Source: a bacterium (GTDB lineage: Bacteria > UBA8248 > JACPRG01 > G963555815). Taken from it: a stretch of 64,000 nucleotides of DNA. The stretch lies in contig CBDHDG010000006.1 in the NCBI GenBank assembly GCA_965261595.1, forward strand, positions 704,001 to 768,000, given 5' to 3'. The position numbers were made by a program, and so were the translations under genes. Each line of letters opens with the position of its first letter. Within the stretch, counting starts at the first letter, position 1. Below the pieces are notes generated by a model. That model was not told the origin of the DNA. It searched no databases and saw only the letters and a list, made by a program, of their open reading frames with translations. Positions 18,847 to 29,574 of this stretch are shown in pieces.

Positions 18847-20309
18847 CACTCGCTCCGGACCCGGACGCCCCGGAACCGGGCGGGCGCCGCGCCGTGGCCC
18901 ACGTGGGCCGTCTGCATCGGGACCCCCTTGCCGCAATTGGGCAGGCCCCACATCCTCCAATCGGAAGCGCCGCACACCGCGTCGCACGAATTCCAGAACC
19001 GGGGGGTGATCCCCGCGTAGATGGGGTCTTTATAGAGCGTGCCGAGGCGGCCGTTGCGAATCTCCCGGGCGGTCTCGCAGCCAAACTGGAAGTGAAGCCG
19101 CTGGTCGTCGATGCTCCAGCTCTTGTTGGTCTCGATGAGGAGCCCCCGCCGGGTGTCGGCGATGAGGTCATCCAGCGTGGGCGCGCCCCGGCCGCCGGGC
19201 TCCAGGTTGATGTTCACCATGCGGATGAGCGGGATGCGCCCCCAGGAATCGGCGCGCATGCAGCCGTTGCTCTCCTCGCCCAGGAGGGCGGCGGACTCCC
19301 GCGAGCTCATGTAGCCGACGAACAGCCCTTCCTCGACGATGGGGACCCTCCGGGGCTTCACGCCTTCGTCGTCGTAACCGTAGCTGCCCAGGGCGCCGGG
19401 GATCGTTCCGTCGGCGTAAATGTTCACCAGGTCCGAGGCGTAATGGAAGCTTCCGCGCTTGTCGGGGGTGAGGAAGCTGCCGCCCGCCAGGCTGATCTCG
19501 TCGCCGAACACCCGGTCCAGCTCGACGGGGTGGCCGCACGATTCGTGCATCTGGAGGCAGAGCTGGTCGGATCCCAGGATGATGTCGTAGTCCCCTTCGG
19601 GGACCGGGGGGGCGGAGAGGAGCGCGAGCGCTTCCTCCAGGACCCCGGGGGCGGCCTCGGCGAGGCCCATCTCCCGGATGAACTCATATCCCCGCTGGGC
19701 GAAGTCCCCGCCGTGGCCGGTGGGGAACGACCGGGTCTGAATCTCGCTCCCCTCGGCGACGGTGCACGTCAGCCCCGCGCCCGTTTCGGTGAACGCCTGT
19801 TCGATCCAGGCCCCGTCGGCGCCGGCGAAGATCTTCTCGACCCGGAAGGAGACCATCCGGGCGGCGGCGGCGACGGCCTTGGGGTGGGTCATGGTCTCGG
19901 AGGCCCGGACCAGCAGGTCGATCTTCTCCTCCAGGGGGACCTGGAAGGGGTCCTCTTCGCACAGGCCCGCGTAGGTCCCGACCTCGGGCGGCGAGCGGTC
20001 CAGCCGCACGCCTTTCGGGTTGACCCGCGCGGCGGCCTCGGCGACGGCCATGGCCCGGTCCGCCGTCCGAATCAGTAATTCTTCCGCTCCGTCCGGACCG
20101 TCGGATCCTTCAGGCGCGGCGGCGAACCCCCAGGCCCCTTTGTGGAGCACCCGAACGCCGAATCCCGCGTCCTCCGCCCGGTTCACCGACTGGACCCGGC
20201 CGTTCTTGACGGCGAGGCGCTCGCTGCGGCCGGCCATCCGGCGGACGTCGGCGTATTCCACACCCCGGCTTTTGAGGTGATGCAAGGCGGCTTGGATGGT
20301 ATCTTTCAT
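18846..20309 (-). CDS. tldD: TldD metalloprotease
   Basis: HESCGH zinc motif, GYDDEGV, PLIRM.N, CGKG.P.Q...VGHG. Confidence 0.88.
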   Translation of the reverse strand: MKDTIQAALHHLKSRGVEYADVRRMAGRSERLAVKNGRVQSVNRAEDAGFGVRVLHKGAWGFAAAPEGSDGPDGAEELLIRTADRAMAVAEAAARVNPKGVRLDRSPPEVGTYAGLCEEDPFQVPLEEKIDLLVRASETMTHPKAVAAAARMVSFRVEKIFAGADGAWIEQAFTETGAGLTCTVAEGSEIQTRSFPTGHGGDFAQRGYEFIREMGLAEAAPGVLEEALALLSAPPVPEGDYDIILGSDQLCLQMHESCGHPVELDRVFGDEISLAGGSFLTPDKRGSFHYASDLVNIYADGTIPGALGSYGYDDEGVKPRRVPIVEEGLFVGYMSSRESAALLGEESNGCMRADSWGRIPLIRMVNINLEPGGRGAPTLDDLIADTRRGLLIETNKSWSIDDQRLHFQFGCETAREIRNGRLGTLYKDPIYAGITPRFWNSCDAVCGASDWRMWGLPNCGKGVPMQTAHVGHGAAPARFRGVRVRSE

Positions 20310-20418
20310 GTATTCATCCGGCTCGGATTCCCGATGGACCGATTCGAAGACCCGCCTTCGATTGACGGTAGAATATCATCGATCCTCGATGCCCGGGAGA
20401 AGGGGGGGGAGGGGGGCC

Positions 20419-21381
20419 ATGCGATACCGCACACTCGGACGGACCGGCCTGGACGTCTCCGTGATCTGCCTCGGGACGATGCAGTTCGGCTGGACGGCGG
20501 ACGAGCCCGCCTCTTTCCGAATCCTGGACGCCTACCTGGAGGCCGGGGGCAATTTCCTCGACACGGCGGACATCTACAGCTTCTGGTCGTCGAAGAGCTA
20601 CGCGGGGAAGACGGAAGAGATCCTCGGCCGGTGGATCGCCGAGCGGAAAAACCGCGACCGGTTCATCCTGGCCACGAAGGTCCACGGCCGGATGTGGGAC
20701 GGACCGGACGGCGAGGGACTGGGCCGGGCGCACATCCTCCGGGCCGTCGAGGACAGCCTGCGCCGCCTCCGGACCGACCATATCGATCTGTACCAGACCC
20801 ACCGGCCGGACCCCGACACTTCCAAGGAGGAGACGCTGGACGTGATGGACCGGCTGGTCCGGGAGGGCAAGGTCCGCCACATCGGCTGCTCGAATTATTC
20901 CGCCGGCGACCTCCGGGAAAGCCTGTCCGTCAGCCGCGCCAAAGGGTGCGTCCGCTTCGAGTCCCACCAGCCCTATTACAACCTGGCGGGGCGGACGGAG
21001 TCCGAGGAGGCCCTCCTCGGCCTCTGCGAGGCGGAAGGGATCGGCGTCATCCCGTATTCCCCCCTGGCCGGGGGATTCCTCACGGGAAAATACCGGCGGG
21101 ACGAGAAGCCGGCCGGCTCGGACCGCATGACCGACATCCGGATGCGGTATCTCAACGACCGGGGATACGGCATCGTCGAGAAGGCGGAGGAGATCGGGAA
21201 GTCCCGGGGCGTATCCACGGCGGCCGTGTCGCTGGGCTGGCTGCTGAGCCGGGCCGCGGTCACCGCGCCCATCATCGGGGCCAACTCCGTTGAACAGCTT
21301 CGGGAGAGCCTTCAGGCGGGAGATCTGGTTCTTTCCCCGGAAGAGGTCGCCGAGCTGGACCGCGTGAGCGCGCCGGTCTGA
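20419..21381 (+). CDS. Aldo/keto reductase
   Basis: LGRTGLDVS..CLGTM.FG, GGNFLDTADIY, ATKV, DLYQTH, IGCSN, YSPLAGG. Confidence 0.92.
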   Translation: MRYRTLGRTGLDVSVICLGTMQFGWTADEPASFRILDAYLEAGGNFLDTADIYSFWSSKSYAGKTEEILGRWIAERKNRDRFILATKVHGRMWDGPDGEGLGRAHILRAVEDSLRRLRTDHIDLYQTHRPDPDTSKEETLDVMDRLVREGKVRHIGCSNYSAGDLRESLSVSRAKGCVRFESHQPYYNLAGRTESEEALLGLCEAEGIGVIPYSPLAGGFLTGKYRRDEKPAGSDRMTDIRMRYLNDRGYGIVEKAEEIGKSRGVSTAAVSLGWLLSRAAVTAPIIGANSVEQLRESLQAGDLVLSPEEVAELDRVSAPV

Positions 21382-21530
21382 CGGAAGCCGGCCGGGGCGG
21401 GATTTGAGCGGAAGGGAATTCGCGGTACGATGGAATGACCCCCCGGCGGGCCTATCGATCCCGGCCGGGCCGCGGCCCTACGCGGGTCCGCTCCGCCCGA
21501 AGCGGCCGGGAATCCTGGGAGGAGTCTCTT

Positions 21531-22358
21531 ATGAAGGACCGAAGTATCCTGATGGAGCCCGTCGCGTTCATCGGCGAGGAGGCCGGCAGGCAGGCGGAGG
21601 AGTTCCGGATTGGGTCGGAGTCGGACTGGAAACGGCCGACGTTCTGCGAGGGCTGGACCCGGAAGCACATCGTCGCCCACGCCGCGATTGGGGCGAGCTT
21701 TTATGCGCAGGTGGTCGCCTCCGGCGTGCGGGAGAAGCCGCAACCGCCCTTCGGGGCGTCCGATCGGGAGACGTTTCTTCAGCATCGCAACGACCGAATG
21801 GCCAAGTTGCTCGACCTGGCGTCGGACCGCCTCGTCGATGAATTCGAGATGGAGCATCACCGCTTTGTCCGGGCCGTCGAATCGTTGAGCCTGGACGACC
21901 TCCGGCTACCGGCCTGGCACCCCATGGGAAAGATTCCGGTGGGTCATTTCGCGGGCATGCGTCTGCACGAGCTCGCCCTGCACGACTGGGACATCCGGGC
22001 GCCCGAGGATCCCGGCGCCGTTTTGCGGACCCATCTGCTCACCCCCCTGCTTCGCGCCTTGCCCCTCATGCAGGCCCAATTTCTGAATCTGAGACCCGCG
22101 GCGGATGCCCCCGACGGCCGCTTCCGGCTCGTCCCGAATGAGGCCGCCCCCTGGGCGCTGTCGATCCGCCGCGGCCTGGCGAGCCTGGCGGAGACCGACG
22201 AGACCGAGGCGGAGGTGACGGGCGACGGAGAGGCACTTATCCTCCATACGACCGGAAGGGTGAGCTGGAGGGACGCCGAAGGGCAAGGCCGCCTGTCCAT
22301 CCAGGGCGACCGCCCGAAGGCGGAAAAGCTCCTCGACGCCCTGTCCGTTTCTTATTGA
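21531..22358 (+). CDS. Maleylpyruvate-isomerase-like (MDMPI/DinB) metalloenzyme with an SCP2-like C-terminus
   Basis: PTFCEGWT..H..AH...RLHELALHDWDI; Shine-Dalgarno GGAGG upstream. Confidence 0.75.
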   Translation: MKDRSILMEPVAFIGEEAGRQAEEFRIGSESDWKRPTFCEGWTRKHIVAHAAIGASFYAQVVASGVREKPQPPFGASDRETFLQHRNDRMAKLLDLASDRLVDEFEMEHHRFVRAVESLSLDDLRLPAWHPMGKIPVGHFAGMRLHELALHDWDIRAPEDPGAVLRTHLLTPLLRALPLMQAQFLNLRPAADAPDGRFRLVPNEAAPWALSIRRGLASLAETDETEAEVTGDGEALILHTTGRVSWRDAEGQGRLSIQGDRPKAEKLLDALSVSY

Positions 22359-22440
22359 CCCGGCAAGTCCTCGGATGGAACGGGGCGGCGCCCGCGGTCA
22401 TTCTTTTTGTTTGTGAATGGAGCTGGGAGGAGAACACGGA

Positions 22441-23631
22441 ATGACGGAGACAGCCAAGAATCTCGGCGCTTTCTGCGATTGGGCCGAGGTCCATCTGCCC
22501 GGCAAGGCCGGCGGGCCGCTGTCGGGCCTGCGCTTTGCGGTCAAGGACCTGTACGACGTCGAGGGTCACGTCACCGGGTGCGGCAACCCCGACTGGCTCG
22601 CGACCCACGAACCGGCGGAGTCCACCGCCCCGGCGGTGACGCGGCTCGTCGAGGCGGGGGCCACGATGATCGGCAAGACGATCACGGACGAGCTGGCGTT
22701 CAGCCTGTTCGGCGAGAACTTCCATTACGGCGCGCCGGTGAACACCCGCGCGCCGGATCGGGTTCCCGGCGGCTCTTCCAGCGGCTCGGCCGCGGCCGTG
22801 GCGGGCGGGCTTGTCGACTTCGCCGTCGGCTCGGACACCGGCGGCTCCGTCCGGGTTCCGGCGAGCTTTTGCGGCATCTTGGGCATCCGGCCGACCCATG
22901 GCCGGATATCCATCGAGGGCTGCATGCCCCTGGCCTCCACCTTTGACACGGTGGGTTGGTTCGCCAATGACCCGGAGCTGCTGGAGCGCGTCGGGCGGGT
23001 GCTGCTCGACGAGCCGGCGGGGTCGAAACAGCCGGGGAGGGGGGGAGTTCTCATCGCCGAGGACGCGTTCGACCTCCTTGAACCCTCGTCCCGGGACCCG
23101 GTTTCGAGGGCGCTGGAGGGCCTGAAACGGACCCTAGGGGCGCCGCAGCCGGTGGCGCTGGCCGCGGATCTCGAGGACTGGCGGCTGGCCTTCCTCGCCG
23201 TCAACGGCCCGGAGATCTGGGAGGCGCACGGAGACTGGATCACGAAGACGAAGCCGCGCTTCGGCCCGTTCATCCAGGGGCGTTTCGAGGTGGTCTCCCA
23301 GGCCACCGCCGAGCGGGCCGCGCCAGGGCGGGAAACGCTCGCCCGGGCGGCCGCCAAGATGGCGGAGCTCCTCGATGGGGATAAGGTCCTCATCCTTCCG
23401 ACGACGCCGGGCCCCGCGCCCTTCCTCAAAACGCCGCCGGAAGATGTGGAAAGTTTCCGGCAGCGAATCCTCGGCCTGACCTGCGTTGCGGGCCTGGCCC
23501 GGCTGCCGCAGGTCAATCTGCCTTTGGCCGCGGCGGACGGCGCGCCGGTGGGGATTTCCATCCTCGCGGCTTCCGGGGGCGACATGATGCTCCTAGGCCT
23601 GGCGCGGGAGATCATGCGGGCGGCCGGATAG
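22441..23631 (+). CDS. Amidase-signature family amidase
   Basis: AVKD, GKT.TDELA, PGGSSSGSAAAVA, GSDTGGSVRVPASFCG. Confidence 0.92.
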   Translation: MTETAKNLGAFCDWAEVHLPGKAGGPLSGLRFAVKDLYDVEGHVTGCGNPDWLATHEPAESTAPAVTRLVEAGATMIGKTITDELAFSLFGENFHYGAPVNTRAPDRVPGGSSSGSAAAVAGGLVDFAVGSDTGGSVRVPASFCGILGIRPTHGRISIEGCMPLASTFDTVGWFANDPELLERVGRVLLDEPAGSKQPGRGGVLIAEDAFDLLEPSSRDPVSRALEGLKRTLGAPQPVALAADLEDWRLAFLAVNGPEIWEAHGDWITKTKPRFGPFIQGRFEVVSQATAERAAPGRETLARAAAKMAELLDGDKVLILPTTPGPAPFLKTPPEDVESFRQRILGLTCVAGLARLPQVNLPLAAADGAPVGISILAASGGDMMLLGLAREIMRAAG

Positions 23632-23832
23632 GCCTCGCGGAGCGGGTGGGCGGCCGGAAGGCGAAGGATCGACGGCCCGCTGGGACGCCATGAAGAAAAC
23701 CCTCCTCATCCTCGGGCTCGTCCTTGTGATCCTCGCGGGGGGGATGTACGTCCAGCGCCGCCGGATTCCCCCGCTCTAGGGTTTTGTTGGACACTCGATT
23801 GATCCATGATTCATGGAGAAAGGGGTGTCGCG

Positions 23833-24219
23833 ATGAACGAACAAAAGCAAGAGGGGGCTTTGGCGGAGGGCGCCCGCAGGGCGAACGGAGCCAAGGCCCC
23901 AGGGCATCGCAGTGAGCGGGGTCGGTTCTCCTGCCAGCGCAAGCGGGAGGCGGTCCTGCGTCTTTTGCGGGGCGAGAGCCTGGAGACGCTCTGCCGCGAG
24001 TTGGGCACGACAGCGGCTCGGCTTTCCGCCTGGCGCGAGGCGTTCCTTCGCGGGGGCGAGGCGGCGCTCAAAGCCCGCCCGGCGGATGAGCGGGCCGAGG
24101 AGAACGCCCGGCTCAAGGCCAAGGTGGGCGAACTCACGATGGAGGGCGAGGTCCTGCGGGAGAAGATCGACCGCCTGGAGGCCGGCCGCCCTTTAGCCGG
24201 CAGGAGGTGGAGGCGATGA
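23833..24219 (+). CDS. IS3-family transposase OrfA (HTH)
   Basis: RKREAVLRLLRGESLE.L.RELG...W; coiled-coil tail; slippery heptamer C CCT TTA at 24189-24195. Confidence 0.85.
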   Translation: MNEQKQEGALAEGARRANGAKAPGHRSERGRFSCQRKREAVLRLLRGESLETLCRELGTTAARLSAWREAFLRGGEAALKARPADERAEENARLKAKVGELTMEGEVLREKIDRLEAGRPLAGRRWRR

Positions 24220-25124
24220 GTCAGGCCCGCTTCACCTCCACGGGCAGAGCCTACGGCCTGAAGCGGGTGTGCGCCCTTTGGGGCTTGGCGCGCTCCACGG
24301 TCTACGCGCAACGGCGGCGAGAGGCGGTCCCCGTTCATGAACGCCCCACGCCCAATAAGCGCGGCCCTGTGGGCCCGTGCACCGATGCGGAACTCCTCGG
24401 CCACATCCGGCAGGTCCTGGAGGACTCTCCCTTCCATGGCGAGGGCTACCGCAAGGTGTGGGCGAGGCTGCGCTTCGCGGGCATCCGCACCAGCAAGGAG
24501 CGGGTGCGTCGCCTGATGCGGGAGGCGGGGCTTCAGGCCCCCCACCGGGTGGGCAAACCCCGAGGTCCCAAGGCCCACAACGGGACCATCCGCACCGAGC
24601 GGCCCGACCGAATGTGGGGCACGGACATGACGACGACGGTGACCACCGAGGAGGGGATGGCCTCGGTGTTCGTGGCGGTGGATCACTGCTCGGTGGACTG
24701 CGTGGGGATCCATGCGGCCAAGAGCGGCAACCGCTTCGAGGCCCTGGAGCCGATCCGGCAGGGGGTCGCCGAGCGCTTCGCCGGCTTGGAGGCGGATGTC
24801 GCCGAGGGGCTTAAAGTTCGTCACGACCACGGCCCCGCCTATCTGTCCGATGACTTTCAGCGGGAGATCGCCTACCTGGGCATGACCAGTTCGCCCAGCT
24901 TCGTGCGGGCGCCCGAGGGAAATGGCTACTGTGAGTGGTTTATCCGCATCTTGAAGGAGAATCTCCTGTGGGTGCGCTCTTTCGCCACCGTAGAGGAACT
25001 GCGGTGGGCGCTGCTTGAGTTCAAGAACCTGTACAACCATCATTGGATTCTCGAGGGCTACGGCTACCGAACGCCGGCCCAGGCAAGGCAGGAAAAACTC
25101 GCTCAAGTTGCGGAGGCCGCATGA
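24216..25124 (+). CDS. IS3-family transposase OrfB (rve integrase core)
   Basis: GYRKVWARLR, WGTD, VDH, HDHG, NG..E, YN...GY.TP; lies in the -1 frame relative to OrfA. Confidence 0.88.
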   Translation: MSQARFTSTGRAYGLKRVCALWGLARSTVYAQRRREAVPVHERPTPNKRGPVGPCTDAELLGHIRQVLEDSPFHGEGYRKVWARLRFAGIRTSKERVRRLMREAGLQAPHRVGKPRGPKAHNGTIRTERPDRMWGTDMTTTVTTEEGMASVFVAVDHCSVDCVGIHAAKSGNRFEALEPIRQGVAERFAGLEADVAEGLKVRHDHGPAYLSDDFQREIAYLGMTSSPSFVRAPEGNGYCEWFIRILKENLLWVRSFATVEELRWALLEFKNLYNHHWILEGYGYRTPAQARQEKLAQVAEAA

Positions 25125-25830
25125 GGTCGAATACCCTCACCCGAGTGTCCAATAACCCAGGGGCGGTCCATCCAGCGCCGCCGGATCCTGGTGGCGGTGG
25201 GGGCCTTCCTGGTGAGCCGGGATCCGCTGATTCACGCCGATGGGATCGCCATCCTCTCGGGCAAGATTCCTTCCCGGATTCTGGAGGGGATCGACCTTTA
25301 CCGCCGGGGATTCGCGCCCCGAATCTTCCTGATGCCGGAGGAGGGAAACCCCGAGTATGAGCGTCTGATGAAATCCCTGGGGATCACTTACCAGACAGAC
25401 GTTCGCGTCAACCGGCGGATCGCCCTGAACCAGGGCGTTCCGGCCGAGGCCATCGAGGTTCTCCCGTCCGCCAGGTCCACCCGGCAGGAGGCCAAGGTGA
25501 TCTTCGACTACATGCGGAAGAAGGGTTGGCGCTCGGTGATTGTCGTCACGTCGGAATACCACTCCACCCGGACGTGGCTGATCTTCCGGTCGCTGAACCG
25601 CCACGGCGTGAAGGTCGCCGTCCATCCGATCCGCTATGGACGGATGCGCCTGAATTCCTGGTGGCGCGACCGGGGGCAGAGCAAACAGGTTTTCTACGAA
25701 TACGTGAAGCTGATAAACCACTATACGGCTGGGTTTTAGCGGGAACGGGCCGGGACTGCCCACCGAATATGATGGTCTCGGGGTTCGCTTGCCGAAGGGA
25801 TCGCCGGCGGCGGTCATTCCCGCCTCCCGA

Positions 25831-26013
25831 TTAAACTCCCCGGGGGCAGGTCCACAAGTCGGTTGGAAATCCCGCCGCCTTGGCCCTTTCGAGCAGGACG
25901 CCTTCCAACTCCGCTTTGGCCTGGGCGTTCAACTCCCCCTGTTTGCGATAGGCGGCCTTCCAGCGGTGGACGCTTCGCCGCTCCAACACCTCTGGGCTTC
26001 CGGTGGGTCTCAT
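25831..26013 (-). pseudogene. Internally deleted IS630-family transposase N-terminal remnant
   Basis: MRPTGSPEVLERR / SVHRWK..Y...G / AAGFPTDLWTCPR resemble IS630 HTH segments; RBS GGAGGTG upstream. Confidence 0.6.
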
Positions 26014-26095
26014 CCTTCACCTCCTGCCCAGAGCACAGGGTTTTTATTCTAGAGGTTCCAATATCCTCTGAAATATTAGAATGAAAGCCTTTACC

Positions 26096-26939
26096 TCAGA
26101 TCGCTTCCGTATTGCTTGAATACTTGAACAACGTCCAGGCGCAGATTACGCTGCCGATCATGCGATAAAACTGGGAGTCATCGGGCAGGTCTTTTTTCCA
26201 GATGTTCGTGGGGAATTGCTTCTTGTCTGGATTGTCGGACTCTAAAAGGAATTCTCCTTCCCAGTTTGTCGCCATCAGGCGCTTCACGACGGCAGTCTCT
26301 TTTTCCAGGTCATAGAGGAAATACAAGTCGCCTGACTGAATTTTTCGGTCGTCGTGGTGGACGGCAACGTAGTGACCCTTCCGGCAAGGTGGGCAGCATC
26401 GAATCTCCTTTGACGCGCACGGCCGTAACCCGGCCTGGCGGAACCCATCGGCTGTGGATGATGACGAAACTCTCAATGTTTTTGTCCTCGATCACAACAC
26501 TTTCGCCGGCCGCCACCGGGTCCACCACCAGTGGGATGGCGGAATAGGCCTCCGGCCCTTCCACGTCGCCGAGTCTCTTCCTGTATTCTTCCGGGGTCAG
26601 AATCGTCAACTCCGAGAGCGGTTGAATTTGGAGAGGCAGCGAGAATTCTTCCGTTTCGTCTGGTCCGGTTTTGATATATTCCGTCACATCCTCCAGCACC
26701 CTTGCCTCTTCACCGGACTTCGCTCCCCTTCCAGTGAGTAACCACTGCTCCCCCACGTTAAACGCCCTGCAAAAATCGAGAATAAAGGACACAGGCGGTT
26801 CGCGTCCTTGATTCAAATAGTTATGGACAGTCCGATACGGTCTTCCGACTTTTCCGCCGATCTTCCTGATTGAAAGCCCTTCCGTAACCTGTCGCATTCT
26901 TTCGACAAGATCTCTGACAATTTTTGTGTTCTCAGTCAT
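26096..26939 (-). CDS. LexA/CI-like repressor (HTH plus S24 autopeptidase), frameshifted at about 26376-26378
   Basis: N-terminal HTH (TVHNYLNQGREP...WLLTG.G), cleavage site IPLV.DPVAAG, Ser motif VKGDSMLP; Lys motif VVKRL follows in the next frame. Confidence 0.8.
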
Positions 26940-27107
26940 GCACAAAACCCTTGACAGTCTGTGCCGGATAGTGCGCAATCCTTTCCGCAACCAAACGCTG
27001 GCCTTCTTGCGGCAAAGAAAAAGCCCTCTGGGGGCGGAGCTTGAGACACCGCCTCCAAGAAACGCACATGGCGATCCTAGCACTTCCCCCGGGGGGACTC
27101 AATAAAA

Positions 27108-27225
27108 TGTATGGGTTCAAGACATATGAAACACCGGGGCCGCTTTTTTAAAAGTCTCCAGGGCCTGGGCGGGTATCAGGTAGTCCAGGGCCCAGTGGGG
27201 TCGAATGTGGTTATAGACTTGCCCC
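27108..27225 (-). mobile_element. IS481-like remnant (transposase 3' end and terminus)
   Basis: YNHIRPHWALDYL.PAQ...HMS*, followed by ...CATACA (TGT-type end). Confidence 0.55.
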
Positions 27226-27317
27226 ACTCGCGCAGCCGGATGTTGAAGGAGCTTGAACTCCCGGGGGAACTCTTGGCGTGACTCACCGCGCCGCGATGGC
27301 AGGTCTTCGAAGGGAGC

Positions 27318-28683
27318 TTGATGTTTCACCGGATCTTCAATCCGTCGGCGGCCGTTTACGATGTCGCCACTAATTCCCTTTGGGATTCCGCGCGCCTTCG
27401 GGCCGAAAGCCAGCAAGCACATGCGCTTGCTGGCGGGGATAGGCTTCGGGGCGGGCGACCGCGCGGTAATCACCCACGGCAACAGCGCCTCATTTTTTGC
27501 CGATCTGCTCGCCGTCTGGAGCAGGGGGGGGCGGCCGTTCCGGTCGACCCGAAGGTGGGCGAAGTCGAGCTCGCGAACATCGTGAGCCAGTCGGGGGCCC
27601 GAGCGGTGATTCGCCGGGAGCTCCCGGGCAAAGGCATCCTGGACGATTTCAAAGCGGGGGGACTTGCCGCCTACGACACGCTGGAGATGCAACGCCTCCC
27701 GGGGGGGTCGGCGCCGGAGGGACCTCTCGTCCAACTGGACGACATTGCACTCATTCTCTACACATCGGGAACGACGGGCAAAGCGAAGGGCGTTGTCCAC
27801 ACTTTTCGGACCCTGCTGGCCCGGCTGCGGTCTCTCGAGGCGTATGTTCCCCGCCACGTGGTGAAACGCACCGCTTGCCTGTTGCCGACGAACTTCGGTC
27901 ACGGACTCATTTGCAATTGCCTTTATCCCCTCTACTCCGGGGCCATCTTGTACATCTTTCCCAGAAACGACCTTACCATTCTCGCCGGGCTCGGCGGCGG
28001 CATCGATTCTTACGGAATCACCTACATGAGTTCCGTGCCGATGATGTGGAAGATCCTGCTTCGGGGCGCCGAGGCGCCTCGAAAAGGCAGCCTCAGGCTG
28101 ATTCACTGCGGATCTGCGCCTCTGAGCGCCTCATTGTGGCAGGGGATCAAGGATTGGAGCGGCATCCAGAGTGTTCGAAACGTTTACGGGATCACCGAGG
28201 TGGGCAGTTGGACGGCCGGCGCCCTCGACGCCAGCGTGCCGCCCACGGACGGTTTCATCGGACCGGGTTGGGGCGCGAAGATCGCCGTTATGCCCGAGGA
28301 GGCCGGGGAGTCGGGACCCCAAGGCTTCGAGCCGCACACATCGGACGAGGTCGGCGAGGTGTGGCTTCGGACGCCGGCGCTGATGCAGAGCTACTACGAG
28401 CGCCCCGACCTTTATGCCGCCGTCGTCGAGGAGGCGTGGTTTCGCACGGGTGACCTGGGGTTTTTGGATGAGCGTGGCAACCTCACGCTTGTGGGCCGCA
28501 AGTCGCATGAGATCAACTGCGGGGGCATGAAGGTTTTTCCGGAGGACGTGGACCTCCTCCTCGATCGTCATCCGGAGATCGCCCAAGCCTGTACGTTCGG
28601 GATCGAAGATCCGGTGGCGGGCCAGACCATCGCCGCCGCCGTTTCACCGGAGACGCCGGGTGCCGAGATCGATCTGCCCGGAT
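27318..28683 (+). pseudogene. Class I adenylate-forming enzyme (acyl-CoA ligase), 3'-truncated by IS3, with two compensating frameshifts near the N-terminus
   Basis: YTSGTTGKAKG, YGITE, FRTGDLG, GR...IN.GG.KV.P. The C-terminal catalytic Lys region is replaced by the IS. Confidence 0.8.
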
Positions 28684-28725
28684 TGGAGTTACCCCGGTTT
28701 GGTGGAGAGTTAAGCACTTGGGTTT

Positions 28726-29574
28726 TCAGGGTGTGCGTTGTTGTCTCCTTTCGTAGTTAACGGGTGACAGGTTGTCGATGGAGGAGTGCCGACGATGCGG
28801 GTTGTAGAAGCCCTCGATGAACCCGAACACCTCCATGCGCGCCTCGGCCCGGGTGCGGAAACTGTGGCGAGCGAGGAGCTCGCACTCCAGCGTGGCGAAA
28901 AAGCTCTCACACAGCGCGTTGTCGTAGCAGTCCCCGACCGAACCCATGGAGGGACGCCCGCCCGCCTGGCGGCAGCGCTGCCCAAAGGCGACCGAGGTGT
29001 ACTGCGTGCCCTGGTCGGAGTGGTGGATGACGGCCCGGGGACGGCGCTTATACAGCGCCATGTCGAGCGCGTCGAGCACCAACTCGGCCCGCAGGTGTGT
29101 GGCCATCGACCACCCCACGATGCGCCGGCTGAACGCATCGAGCGCCACGGCCAGATACAAAAACCCCGCCCATGTCGGAACGTAGGTGATGTCGGCCACC
29201 CACAGCCGGTCGGGGGCCTCGGCCGTGAAGTTGCGGTCCACCAGATCAGGGGCCGGCCGCGCCTCCTGCCGGCGCTGCGTCGTGCGCGCTCCCTTGCGCC
29301 GACTGACGCCCGCAAGTCCCGCCCCACGCATCAGCCTGGCGACGCGCTTGCGGCCCACACGCACTCCCTCAGCCTCCAACTCGGCATGGACGCGCGGCAC
29401 GCCGTAAGTCCCCCGAGAACGCTCGTGGATCGCCTGAATGCGTTTGGTGAGCGCCCGATCGGCACACGAGCGGGCACACGGCGCGCGCCTGCGCCACGCG
29501 TAGTAGCCGCTGGAGGAGACGCCCAGCACCCGGCACATGGTGGCGGTCCGATACATGGCCTGGTTCGCCCTCAC
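28726..29574 (-). CDS. IS3 transposase OrfB
   Basis: TYG.PR, WVADITY, HHSDQG.QY, YDNA..ESFF. Confidence 0.92.
   Translation of the reverse strand: MRANQAMYRTATMCRVLGVSSSGYYAWRRRAPCARSCADRALTKRIQAIHERSRGTYGVPRVHAELEAEGVRVGRKRVARLMRGAGLAGVSRRKGARTTQRRQEARPAPDLVDRNFTAEAPDRLWVADITYVPTWAGFLYLAVALDAFSRRIVGWSMATHLRAELVLDALDMALYKRRPRAVIHHSDQGTQYTSVAFGQRCRQAGGRPSMGSVGDCYDNALCESFFATLECELLARHSFRTRAEARMEVFGFIEGFYNPHRRHSSIDNLSPVNYERRQQRTP

Larger units (their letters stand above)
23767..25170 (+). mobile_element. IS3-family insertion sequence with a 16-bp flanking direct repeat
   Basis: Imperfect IRs share TTGGACACTCG. TCCAGCGCCGCCGGAT occurs at 23751-23766 and 25171-25186. Confidence 0.9.
23690..25739 (+). 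pseudogene. YdcF/DUF218 family membrane protein interrupted by an IS
   Basis: Removing 23767-25186 rejoins MKKTLLILGLVLVILAGGMYVQRRRI in frame with LVAVGAFL...STRQEA...IVVTSEYHSTR...YEYVK. Confidence 0.85.
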
